This document shows, piece after piece, positions 36,293 to 47,869 of a DNA stretch of 64,000 nucleotides. A program made the translations under genes and the position numbers. Numbering within the stretch: position 1 is the stretch's first letter; each line of letters opens with the position of its first letter. The notes below the pieces were generated by a model. That model saw nothing but the letters and a program-made list of their open reading frames with translations, was not told the origin of the DNA and ran no database searches. The stretch spans positions 117,282,636 to 117,346,635 of the forward strand of contig NC_052161.1 of the NCBI RefSeq assembly GCF_902713615.1, read 5' to 3'. This DNA comes from Scyliorhinus canicula. Its lineage: Eukaryota.

Positions 36293-39200
36293 TAAGAACA
36301 TAAAAACTAGGAGCAGGAGTAGGCTATTCAGCCCCTTGAGCCTGTTCCACCATTCAATATAATCATTGTTGATCTCATCTCAGCCTCAACTCCACTTTCC
36401 TGCCCATTCTCCATAACCCTTTGACCCATTATTAATTAAAAATCTGTCTATCTTAAATTTACTCAATGTCCTGGCATCCACCGCGCCCTGGGGTAGCGAA
36501 TTCCACAGATTCACAACCCTTTGATAGAAGTAATTTCTCCTCATCTCTGTTTTAAATCTGCAATCCCTTATCCTAAAACTATGACCTCTCGTTCTAGATT
36601 GCACAAAAGGAAGCATCCGCTCTACATCTACTTTGTCAATCCTTTTATCGTCTCATATACCTCAATTAGATCTCCCCTCTCGTTCTTCTGAACTTGAGAA
36701 AGTATAGGCCTAAACTTCTCAATCTCGCTTCAGAAGACAAATCCTATATTTCTGGAATCAATGTAGTGAACCTCCTCTGAATTGTCTGTAATGCAACTAC
36801 ATCCCTCCTCAAGCAAGGGACCAAAGCTGTACACGGTACCCCAGGTGCGGTTTCACCAATGCCGTGTACAGTTGCAACAACACTTCCCTACTTTTAGACC
36901 ATGAGACACAGGAGCAGAATTAGGCCACTTGACCCATCGAGTCTGCTCTGCCATTCAATCATGGCTGATATTTCCTCATCCCCATTTTCCTGCCTTCTCC
37001 CCATAACCCCTGATACCATTTTCCTTTAGCCAACAATGCCAAAATTCCATTTGCCTTCCTTTCTTAAAAAAAAAAAGAAATTTTGAATTAAGGGGCAATT
37101 TAGCGTGGCCAATCCATCTACCCGTCGCAAATTTGGGTTGTGGGGGTGAGACCCACGCAGACAAAGGGAGAATGTGCAAACTCCACATGGACAGTGACCC
37201 AGAGCCGGGACCGAACCCAGATCCTTGGCGCTGTGAGACAGCACCACTGCACCACCATGCCACTCCCATTTGTCTTCCTTATTACCTGCTGTACCTGCAT
37301 ACTGATTTTTTGCGATTCATGCACGAGGACACCCAAATGCCTCTGCACCAAATCAATCTGAAGTTTCTCTCCATTTACCTTTCTATTTTTTCCAACCAAA
37401 ATGGATACCTCACATTTATCCACGTTAAACTCCATCTACCATATTTTGACCCACTTACTAACCTATCCATATCCATTTGTAATATCATTTCCTCATTGCA
37501 ACTTACTATTCCACCTATTTTAGTGCCATCTGCAAATTTGGTTATAGTACCATCTTTCCCTGCATTCAATATTGTAAGGATCCTCCTGAATTCCTGTTGC
37601 TAGTGCGATGGTACGAGTGTCCTTAACCATGAAAATATTGATTTAGTATCTCTGCCAATTTGGGTTCTTCACTATTAAATCTCTGGTCCCATCCTCTAAG
37701 GGACCAACATTCACTTTAGCTACTCTCTTCCCTTTTATATACTTATAGAGCTTTTGCTATCCATTTTTATATTTTGCATTAGTTTCCTTTCACAATTTTC
37801 CGTTCTTTTTATTACTTTTTTAGTAACCCTTTGTTGATCTGAAAAGTTTGACAATCTTCCATCCTGCCACTGGCCTTTCCAATATAGTATGCCTTAGTTT
37901 TTGTCTTTGTTATGTTTAACATCCTTGCTTAGCCATGGTTGTAATTTCCTCCTCTTACAATCTTTCTTCCTCTGGAATGTATTTTATTTGGGAGGAATTG
38001 AATATCTCAAACAACAGCCCCTGGATCCTTAACTATGGCGTCATTAATTAATTCCTCCTCATTACACAATACCAAATCCAGAATAGCCCACTCCTTGGTT
38101 GGTTCCACAACATTGTGCTCCAAGAAACAATCTAATACATTCAGTAAACTCGTCCTTGAGGCTATCCATGCCAATTTGATTAATACAGTCTATATGCATA
38201 TTAAAATCACCTATGCCATACCTTTCTTACAAGCCTCCCAATATTTCCTCTTTTGTACTTTGCCCCATTGCAGAACAACTGTTTGGGAATAGATTACTCC
38301 CACCAGGGACTTCTTTCCCGTGCCATTTCTTATTTCTACCCTGGCTGATTCCAGGTCCAATGCCTATATCATTTTTCATTACAGCACTGAGCTCTTCCTT
38401 TACCAGCAAAGCTACACCACCTCCTTTTCCTTCTTGTCTATCCTTCCGAATATTGAGTGCCCTTGATTATTCAACTCCCAGACCTGGTCTCCTTGTAACC
38501 GTGTCCTAGTAACGGCCACCAAATCATACCCCTTTGTCTCTATTTGTGCTGTTAACTCATTGATTTTATTCTGAATGCTTTGTACATTCAGATACAAAGC
38601 CTTTACGTTTGTTGTATTATCAAATTTCCCAACTCTTGTTTCATTCCTTGATGTAATATGACATTCACATGTTATGTCCTTTCCTTTTATATTCTGGTAA
38701 CAACCAGCCTCATCACTAACCTGCTTTCTCCTTTAACTTGGATTTTCTAATTTTCCACGCAACTGAACCCTCTGCCTCCAATATTTAGTTTAAAGCCCTA
38801 TCTACAGCCCTAATTATGTGATTTGCCTGGACTCTGGTCCCAGCATGATTCAGGTGAAGACCGTCCTATCAGAAAGTTCCCTCATTCCCCAGTCCTGGTG
38901 TCAATGTCTGATAAATTCGAACCCATTTCTCCCTCACCAATGTCTGAGCTACCTATTTACCTCTTTAATCTTATTGACCCTGTGCCAATTAGCTTGTGGC
39001 TCAGGTAGTAATCTGGAGATTATTACCTTTTTGGTTCTTTGTAATTTAGCCCCTAGCTGCTCGTATTCATTCAGCAGAACCTCTATTCTTGTTCTTCCTA
39101 TATCGTTGGCACCTACTTGGACCACGATTCCTGGATCTTTCTCCTTCCACTCCAAGTTCCTCTGCAACCCAGATTAGATATCCTGAACCCTGGCACCAGG

Positions 39201-39600
39201 CAGGCAACAGAACCTTCAGGACTCTCGATCCTGGTCACAGAGAACAGTTCTTTCTCTCCTCCCCCCCCCCCCCCCTCCCCCCCCCGCCACTTAAATGACT
39301 CCTTACACCAGTGCTATGGTCAGTTTGACTGTCTCCTGAAACAGTGATCAGCTAACTCTCCCCCTCCCTGATGTGTCGCAGCATCCAAAGCTCAGACTCC
39401 AGCTCATCACTTCTGAGCCGAAGTCCCTCGAGCAAGCAACACTTGCTTCAGATGTGGTCACTAGGAACCACAATGGGGTCCACCAGCTCCCACATCATGC
39501 AGGTACAACACATTGCCTGGCCTGTATCTCTATTTAATTTAATTTTTAAGTCATGTTCTTTTTAAAATTTCCAGTTGGTGTTTAGTTTTTTAATTTGTAA
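36293..39600 (-). mobile_element. CR1 LINE remnant incl. esterase-type ORF1 and endonuclease
   Basis: VVQVGANDIGR (SGNH esterase ORF1), MYLNVQSIQNK (endonuclease), KFADGTK, RRNYFYQRVVNLWNSLP. Confidence 0.85.
37060..37262 (-). mobile_element. tRNA/V-SINE short form in CR1
   Basis: Family match. Confidence 0.85.
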
Positions 39601-41330
39601 AATATTTAATCTGAAAGCAATTTAGAAGGGGTAATTCAAATGAGCAGTTACTTGCCAGCCATTGAACTTTCTGTGATGTCACCTTTGTTTTTCCCATCCA
39701 TTTCCCCGCTGTCTGAACTCAGAGTCCACCTCTCCTGCATTGTTATGAAATTATATGAAAGCTGCTCTCCCTTTCCCTGCTGTTTTAATTCACTGAGTCC
39801 ACCTCTTTCTGCGCTGTCTCCTCCAGAGACTTTACTGCAAGGGAGGCATCAATCAGCAATGATATTTCATGAGTACCACCACTGACCATACTACCTGAGT
39901 CCTGAAGGATGTAGTTAACAGTCTGGGATTGTGACTGATGGTAAGTGAATCACGTCACTGGGAATAACCTACTTGATCACATCCTCACCACTCTAACTGT
40001 TATGATACATTAGTCCACAAAAGCATTGATACATATTATGGCTACACAGTCCTTATGTGGCACAGTCCTGACTTCACACTGAGGATACCCTCCATTATGT
40101 CATGCAGTGCTAATACTGTGCTAAGTGGGATTGACCGTCATCTGATCCAGAATAAATGAAGTAGCTCAAACTAAGCAACCGTGAGACAACAGTCAGCAGA
40201 ATTCTATACCACCACAATATGTTGTCTCATGCCTCAGAAATACCTCAATCCTCTATCACAAGCAAGGCAAATGATTCACTCCCATTCAAATGTTGTGCAG
40301 GTGAGCTTGATGTACCCCTGGTGAAGCAGCAGCAAAGGATTTTATTCATGCAGATCAGTGAAATCAGCATAGTATGGACATAGCTATGCAATCTCACAAC
40401 AAAGACATCAGGCCAAACCTCTCCTGACCAGTCACGAAAGGAGCTAAGTTGTCCACCACCAAACAGTGAGAGTTCATTGGTATTCCAGGTTCAGTGTAGT
40501 CCAATGCCTGGATACAAAAGCAGCAGAATGGCAGTGGTCATTCCTTCCCAGCTTAATTTCTGGGAAGTAGCTCCAGGTCTTATTAAATAAATATATAAAT
40601 AATATGTAAATAAATATGGGCACAAAAACTGAACAATTATATGAAAGCTACCCTATTTCCATTTTTGATTTAGTCCATGCTGTGAACGTTCAGGTAAAAA
40701 TATTAGTTTTAATTTTTAACATTTGCATCGCCATTTGCATTTTTTCATTGAAGTATAGAAATTTTAAGACCGGAAAAGGTCATCTCAGCTTTGTGCAGGA
40801 ATTAACTTTTTGAACTGTGCTATTTACTCCAGTCCCATAGTTCCACGCGTTCCCTACATGTTTTTCTACTCTTTTTCAGATCCTTATCCTTCCTTTTTTT
40901 TTAAAAAGAAATTTAGAATACCCAATTAATTTTCTCCAATTAAGGGGCAATTTAATGTGGCCAATTAAACTACCCTGCACATCTTTGGGTTGTGGGGGCG
41001 AAACCCACGCAGACACGGGGAGAATGTGCAAACTCCACACGGACAGTGAACCTCCTTATCCTTCCTATCCAATACTTATCCAATTGTCTTTGAAATTCTT
41101 TGCTGCTCTTCATTTCCAAACTCTTTGGTCATCTACTGTCTCGTCATTGTTTTTCTTAAATGCTTTCACTCTAACTGCTTTTTATGTGTTTCATTTGTCT
41201 CCGTCTATGGGACCATCTGTTTAGCTTATTGCTTGGGGAAGCGTGGTCAATGCAGTTTTGAAAGAGAGACCAGAGGGAGAGGGAAAGGGCAAAAGAACAC
41301 ACAAGCGGAATAAACCAGCAATGCAATCAC

Positions 41331-41557
41331 TTTTTAAAAATAAATTTAAAGTACCCAATTCATTTTTTCCAATTAAGGGGCAATTTAGCGTGGTCAATCC
41401 ACCTACTCTGCACATCTTTGGATTGTGGGGGCGAAACTCTCACAGACACGGGCAGAATATGCAAACTCCACACGGACAGTGACCCAGAGCCGGGATCGAA
41501 CCTGGGCCCTCAGCGCCGTGAGGCAGCAATGCTAACCACTGCGCCACCGTGCTGCCC
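41331..41557 (-). mobile_element. tRNA/V-SINE short form
   Basis: 15-bp TSD CAGCAATGCAATCAC. Confidence 0.9.
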
Positions 41558-41686
41558 CCAGCAATGCAATCACAGCGGTTCTGCAGTGAGATACACACTA
41601 TCTCAGAGCATCTGAGTTATTTGAGGAATTAATCCAATGGGTTTGTACTTTCACAGCCTTACAATGAAATGTTTTCTTTCTTACAG

Positions 41687-41863
41687 ATCTGAAGGATACA
41701 GGATTCAGGACAGCCGAGGAGGTGGATAGTGCTATTAGTACACCCAATGACCCCATTAGTTTGCAGACAGACGCAACTCCATGTCCAGCAGAAGATGAGC
41801 CAGATGCAAGACCAAGCTTACCAACCACTAGTGACATTTTGGTTTCATATTCTACCTTCCCAG
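41687..41863 (+). CDS. CASP9: caspase-9 exon 7 (intersubunit linker)
   Basis: (D)LKDTGFRTAEEVDSAISTPNDPISLQTDATPCPAEDEPDARPSLPTTSDILVSYSTFP; 177 bp; phase 1-1. Confidence 0.95.
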
Positions 41864-42459
41864 GTACCTTTACTTGCCCAGTTAGTGCCTTTGGATTGAT
41901 GTGAACCATGTTCCATGTACGGATCCAATTGAATGTCAACACTGTTGCATTTCTCAGGCTCTTAACAGTGAGCATCAGTCAGATTATATGACCTATGTTA
42001 ATTCTGTCTTGTGATTTTCATGCTAATCAAAATGATGAATATTAACGCTGAAAAATTAAGCACTTCCAGTTCTGGCAAGCCAACTGGTGACATTTTCCAT
42101 TCACCATTCAACATTTGTACTTCATGAAGTGATAGTCATAGCTCTTATCAATTAGCAACGGAGGAGTTATCCTGTACACCCACCTTTGTAAGATAAAATA
42201 GTACTGCATCATTGTGGGGGGGGGAACTAAGTTTCCAAATAAGTTTGTAAAGAAATTACGGTTCTGAAATGAAGTCATTTACATTTTTAGATAGAATGAA
42301 GTACACAGAAACAGGCCAATTGGGGCTCCTGGTGTGTGCCAGTGCTTATGCTCCACACAAGTTTCATGCCACTCCTTTTCAACTGACCCTAAAAGCATCA
42401 CCTTCTATTTCTCCCTCCTTCCTGTGTTTATCCAGCTTCCTCTTAAATGTATTTATGTC

Positions 42460-42687
42460 GGGCAGCACGGTGGCGCAGTGGTTAGCATTGCTGCCTCCCG
42501 GCGCCGAGGTCCCAGGTTCGATCCCAGCCCCGGGTCACTGTCCGTGTGGAGTTTGCACGTTCTCCCCGTGTTTGTGTGGGTTTCGCCCCACAACCCAAAG
42601 ATGTGCAGGGTAGGTGGATTGGCCACGCTAAATTGCCCCTTTATTGGGAAAGAAAATTAATTGGGTACTCTAAATTTATTTTTTAAA
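42460..42687 (+). mobile_element. tRNA/V-SINE short form
   Basis: TSD AAATGTATTTATG. Confidence 0.9.
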
Positions 42688-43329
42688 ATGTATTTATGCC
42701 ATTCACCTGAATTGCACTTTGTACATTCTCACTCTCCAAGTAAAAATGTTTCTCCTGAATTTCCCATTGCATTTCTTGGTGACTGTCTTACATTTATGAA
42801 TCTAGTTTTGGTCCTCCTTCCAGGGGAAATAGTGTCGCTATGCCCACCTTATCAAACCCTTTCATAACCTTAGAAGCCTCTATCAGGTTACCACTTAGCT
42901 TTTTCTAGAGAAGAGAGCCACAGCCTGTTCAAACTAACCTGATAGGTAGAACCTCTCAATCCTTGTATAATGCTTATAAACCATTGAAACTTCACCAGTG
43001 CCTCTATACTTTAAAAAAATATAATATTGAGACCAGAACTGTGCATCGCACTCCATGTATTGTCTAACCAAGGTTCTATGCCAGTTTAGTGTCATCTTTG
43101 TGCTTTTAAATTCCATTTCTCTAGAAATTAGCCCTTGTACTTTATGACTTATTTTAACCCGTTACTACTTTTAACGTTCTTGTTATCTGTACACCTGGAT
43201 CCCTTTGCTCTTCTATCCCATTTAGACTCTTGCTTTCCAAGGATAATATAGCTTCTTCACTCTTGTGGCTAAAGTATACCATAACCCTTGATCCCATTCG
43301 CCTCGAGTGCCATATCTAATTTTAATTTT

Positions 43330-43625
43330 GTAATAATCTTTATTGTCACAAGTAGGCTCACATTAACACTGGTATTGTGAAAAGCCCCTAGTCGCCAGAA
43401 TCCGGTGCCTGTTCGGGTACACGGAGGGAGAATTCAGTATGTCCAAATTACCTAACAAGCACGCCTTTTGGGACTTGTGGGAGGAAACTGGAGCACCCGG
43501 AGGAAACCCATGCAGACACAGGGAGAATGTGCAGACCGGATCTGCACAGGCAGTGACACAAGCCAGGAATCGAACCTGGGACCCTGGAGCTGTGAAGCAA
43601 CAGTGCTACCCACTGTGCTATCGTA
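43330..43625 (-). mobile_element. tRNA/V-SINE with GTGACAATAAAG tail
   Basis: Similar to 1203-1511. Confidence 0.85.
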
Positions 43626-44210
43626 TCTAGCCATCTCTTGAATGTATTCAATGTCTTAGCCTAAACTACTTCTTGTAGTAATGAATTCCCCGGGCTCCCA
43701 ACCCTTTGGATGAAGAAATGTCTCCTCATCTCTGTCCTAAATGGTCTACCCCAAATCCTCAGACAGTGACCCCTGGCTCTGGAGACACCAACCATTGGGA
43801 ACATCCTCCCTGCATCCATCCTATCTAGTCCTGATAGAATTTTATAAGTCTCGATGAGATCCCCCCCCCCCCCCCCCCCCCCCCCGCCATTTGTCTGAAC
43901 TCCAGAGAAAACAATCCTAACCTAGTCAATCTCTCCTCATACATCAATATATAATTGTTATTGAAGTTTATTGAGTGGCATGAAATTGCTAAGACCCGGG
44001 GAACAGCAATGATGCTAGGATGTCTTGCTGCACCAGCTTTTGGGCCTGTACCGTGCACAGTCACAGCTTTGAGAGTAACTTTGTGACTGTCTTGTGGGTG
44101 TTCAGCTTGACAGAATACTTGGCTACATAAATAAAATAGTGACTAAGATTTTTTTCCTTCTTATGCCAAGTAACAATGATTATTCCAATATTTGTGAACT
44201 CTTCCTTTAG

Positions 44211-44320
44211 GCTATGTATCCTGGCGAGATAAAAAGGAGGGATCTTGGTATATGAAAGCACTAGTGCAGGTTTTCAGTAAATATGCTCATTCAGATGATC
44301 TACAAACACTGCTAACGTGG
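44211..44320 (+). CDS. CASP9: caspase-9 exon 8
   Basis: (G)YVSWRDKKEGSWYMKALVQVFSKYAHSDDLQTLLTW; 110 bp; TAG/GTGAGT. Confidence 0.95.
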
Positions 44321-44409
44321 GTGAGTTGTTTTATTTTACTATGAGCAACAACAAGCTAAGAAAGAACACTTGGGGGGCAGCACCCGACAAGTGCATTGTA
44401 TTTGGCACA

Positions 44410-44780
44410 GGTTTTGATGTTTCTAACACCCTCCTGATTGACCTCTAATTTTCCATCCTAGACGTTCATCCAAAATACTGCACTCTCTTAACTCGCATCA
44501 AGTCTCGTTCTCTCATCACTCCTGCTGACTGCACTGGCTCATAATCCAACAATGCCTCAATTTTAAAATCATTATCAAGGCCATTCCTATCTCTGACCTC
44601 TCCCAAAGCTACAAACCTTCAAGATTTCCGCACTCCTCCAATTCTGTTCCCTTGCACATTCCCTATTTTAATCGCTCCACCATTGGCAGCCGTGCTTCAA
44701 GCTGCTTTGGCATTAAACCCCTCCTAAACCTCTAAGCTTCACTGCCCCTATCTCTGCTAAGATATCTCCTAAAAATCTAT
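44410..44780 (+). mobile_element. degraded L2 LINE 3' fragment
   Basis: L2-type 'IQN.A....T.....SLITP...LHWL' region; its tail appears to resume ~45540-45605. Confidence 0.5.
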
Positions 44781-44789
44781 TTCTACAAT

Positions 44790-45285
44790 CAAATCCCTCC
44801 CGGGCCGGAGAATCGCCAGGGGGCGGCGTGAATCCCGTCGTCCCCCCCCCCCCCCCCCCCCCCCCCCCGACGATCTCCAGCCTGCGATGGGCCGAGTGGC
44901 CGCCGGTTCAGGTCCGTACCGGTGGGACCTGGCTCTGCAGGCGACCTGCGGAGTCCTCGGGGGGGGGGGGGGGGGGGGGGGGGGCACGGCGGCCTGGCCC
45001 GCGATCGGGGTCCAGCCAATCCGCAGGCAGGCCTGTGCTGTGGGGGCATTCTTTCTCTCCGCGCCAGCCAGTGTAACGGTTCGCCATGGCCGGCGTGGAG
45101 AAGAACCCCCCTGTGCATGCGCTGGGATGGCGCTCCCGTGCATGTGCCAACTTGCACCGGCTGGTAGAGGCCCTTCGGTGCTGGTGGTGCGGCGCCAACC
45201 CCGGGCGGTCCGACGCCGGAGTGGTTCACACTACTCCTCGGCGCCGGTAAGACCCGCCCCGCCGGTTAGGGGAGAATCCCGCCCC
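44790..45285. repeat. GC-rich MITE-like interspersed repeat
   Basis: GGAGAATC motifs near both ends, long C and G runs, related to 17859-18400. Confidence 0.6.
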
Positions 45286-45307
45286 TGGTATCTACGGTGT
45301 CAAATGT

Positions 45308-45535
45308 ATTATTTTTTTAAATTTGGAATACCCAATTAATTTTTTTCCAATTAGGGGGCAATTTTAGCGTGGCCAATCCACCTACCCTGCACATCTTTTG
45401 GTTGTGGGGGCGAAACCCACGTAAACACGGGGAGAATGTGCAAACTCCACACGGACAGTGACCCAGAGCCAGGATCCAACCTGGGACCTCGGCGTCGTAA
45501 AGTCGCAGTGCTAACCCACTGCGCCACCGTGCTGC
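45308..45535 (-). mobile_element. tRNA/V-SINE short form
   Basis: Family match; imperfect TSD TGTCAAA(T/A)GTATT. Confidence 0.88.
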
Positions 45536-46261
45536 TCTGTCAAAAGTATTTTTATTGATAATGCTCTTATTTAAGTGACTTGGAATGTTTCTTACGTTAA
45601 AGCAATCAGGAGAGAGGCCCTTGACCAGTTCACCCTATGTAATACTCTACTCATATTAGAGGTAAATGTACCTTCATCTGAAGTGTTGTAACCTGCAAGG
45701 CTACAGACCAGGTGCTGGAAAGTGAGATTTAAAATGATTGTCTAGTTTATTTTTTTCACATTTCTGGCTGGCGCAGAGATGGTGGGCTGAATGGCCTATT
45801 TCTGTACTGTATCTTTTCTATGGTTCCATGTTTTTTTTTAAGGGGCAATTAAACGTGGTCAATCCACCTACCCTACATATCTTTGGGTTGTGGGGGTGAG
45901 ACCCACGCAGACACTGGGAGAATGTGCAAACTCCACAGGAACAGTGACCCGGGGTGGGGATGAACCCGGGTCCTCGGTGCTGTGAGGCAGCACTGCCGCC
46001 CATATGGTTCCATGTTAAATCAGCTGAATTGCAAAGCTGTAGCTTCCACCAGGGTTGTAATCTGGGAACCCAGGGATCAAATCCCAGTGCTTCCTATGGC
46101 TCAGGTTCAGGGGTAGCTGCATACATATTAGGCTTTTTACGAGTTTGTTTTACAATTAATTTTAAAATATGGAACAGTACAAGCTGTTGGGCCTCAATAG
46201 CATTTTGTGGTTTGCCGGTGAGAATTTTGAACAGGTGGTTCAGAATGTATCTATTTTCCAG

Positions 46262-46375
46262 GTAACGAGAAGCATTTCAGAAAACGAGGAAGCTAAAGGA
46301 ACGTACAAGCAGATCCCAGGTTCCTTCAACTTTCTTCGCAAACATTTTTACTTCTTTGACAAGGAGAAGCGGTGA
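46262..46375 (+). CDS. CASP9: caspase-9 exon 9 (last coding exon)
   Basis: VTRSISENEEAKGTYKQIPGSFNFLRKHFYFFDKEKR*; matches caspase-9 C-terminus KGIYKQMPGCFNFLRKKLFF. Confidence 0.95.
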   Translation, partial: VTRSISENEEAKGTYKQIPGSFNFLRKHFYFFDKEKR

Positions 46376-46907
46376 CATTTTCGGATTATGAATTGACAAG
46401 TATTTGCTATCATCTTGCTGTAAATCACTCCAAAATAAATCTCTCATATCTGGGCGCTCTGGTTTTTCAAGGAATTAATTATCACAGTGTACTGATCTGT
46501 TCCTTTGTTCTGGTTGTATATTTCTATTGCAGCAGATTTGTGTGATGTAAGGAGAGTGTTGGATGGCAATTAATCATTGAATATATTTTAATGTACAGGA
46601 GACATTGCACAACAGATATACTAACCAGTATTGACACATTCATTGTGCTAACATACAAACAAAATAAATCTTATCTTTTTGGAGAGGAAAACTATTTAAA
46701 TTACCTTTAATTGTTCAGTTGGGGAGTAACAGAAAGCCAAATTTGGTTCAGCATCTAAAATTTATATGCCTCTATTGGATGCTTGTATTGATGAAAGAAC
46801 AATTGGATTCATCCCATCTTAGTGAATAGTTCTGAAGCAGTTATGTTTAATTAATCTTGCCCTATCCTAACTGCCTCATTTCACCATCCACTCATCTTAG
46901 TGGTCCC

Positions 46908-47134
46908 AGGGCAGCACGGTGGCCTAGTGGTTAGCACAACCGCCTCACGGCGCTGAGGTCCCAGGTTCGATCCCAGCTCTGGGTCACTGTCCGTGTGGAG
47001 TTTGCACATTCTCCCCGTGTCTGCGTGGGTTTCGCCCCCACAACCCAAAAATGTGCCGAGTAGGTAGATTGGCCATGCTAAATTGCCCCTTAATTGGAAA
47101 AAATAATTGGGTAATCTAAATTTAAAAAAAAAAA
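46908..47134 (+). mobile_element. tRNA/V-SINE short form downstream of CASP9 stop (likely in 3'UTR)
   Basis: TSD ATCTTAGTGGTCCCA. Confidence 0.88.
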
Positions 47135-47684
47135 ATCTTAGTGGTCCCATGTGTTTGAAGCAGAACTATTTACTAAGATGGGTTGGATCCAACTGTTCTT
47201 ATATCAATATAAGTATTGTTGAAATAAGACAGTTATATTTGATTAGTCTCTGTGCCTCAATCAGGATGTGAGAGTGGTAAAAAAAAACTTTATCTTTCTG
47301 TCTGAGTTAGCTAATCATAGCACTCCCATTCCAGCGACAGCTGGCTTCCGCCTCCAGGGAAAGGAAGTTAAAAACTGGCCAGTGTGCCTATCCTTGATCG
47401 CTATCCATGACACTTGCTGGAAGTTGAATAAAGACATGATTGGGTTGAGTCGTGGTGCCCTCCATCTTTGAATAACTGGTCAGTGTTCACTGTCTGCATT
47501 TGGGGATAAAATAGGTCAAGGTGGAGAAGTTACCAAAGCAAATTTAGCACCTTTGGAACTGTAATCCAATGTGTGAATTGAATAAACTGTGAAAGCTTGT
47601 AAAATATTTTATATTTCACTAATTTGTAACTTTATACTTTGCAGAACCACAAATGCAGTCACGAATGGTGTATTTTTATTTTAA

Positions 47685-47690
47685 AATAAA
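47685..47690 (+). terminator. candidate CASP9 polyadenylation signal
   Basis: AATAAA followed ~45 nt later by GT-rich sequence (TTTGTGGTATTGTTGGT). Other AATAAA hexamers exist upstream (e.g. 47581). Confidence 0.4.
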
Positions 47691-47869
47691 AATCCTTCTT
47701 TATACAAGAATGCTGCATTGTTTCAACCTCAGTTTGTGGTATTGTTGGTAATCTTTATCGTTCCCTCACCTATGCAGGACTCCCAGAAAATAATATCTCT
47801 GTAGCCCAGCCCTCACTGCAATATCTTTTTGTTTCATAGTATATATTTTGTATAACAGAACTTGCTCTG

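Larger units (their letters stand above)
35540..40480 (+). mobile_element. ancient LINE with tRNA-like 5' head, split by a CR1 insertion (~36293-39830)
   Basis: GGTGGTCGAGTGGTTA...GTTCAAAACCC A/B boxes at 35543-35620, then degraded APE endonuclease-like sequence (35950-36290) resuming at ~39840 (NLLDHILT). Confidence 0.45.
42290..43945 (-). mobile_element. CR1 3' fragments (two pieces) with inserted SINEs
   Basis: YEERLTRLGLFSLEFR, LVRQYMECDAQFWS motifs. Confidence 0.65.

Noticed and set aside
44769-45339. Gly/Pro-rich ORFs and GC islands at 17860-18400 and 44790-45285 as genes or promoters
   Set aside because: They are related copies of a GC-rich interspersed repeat with homopolymer runs and no splice or homology support.
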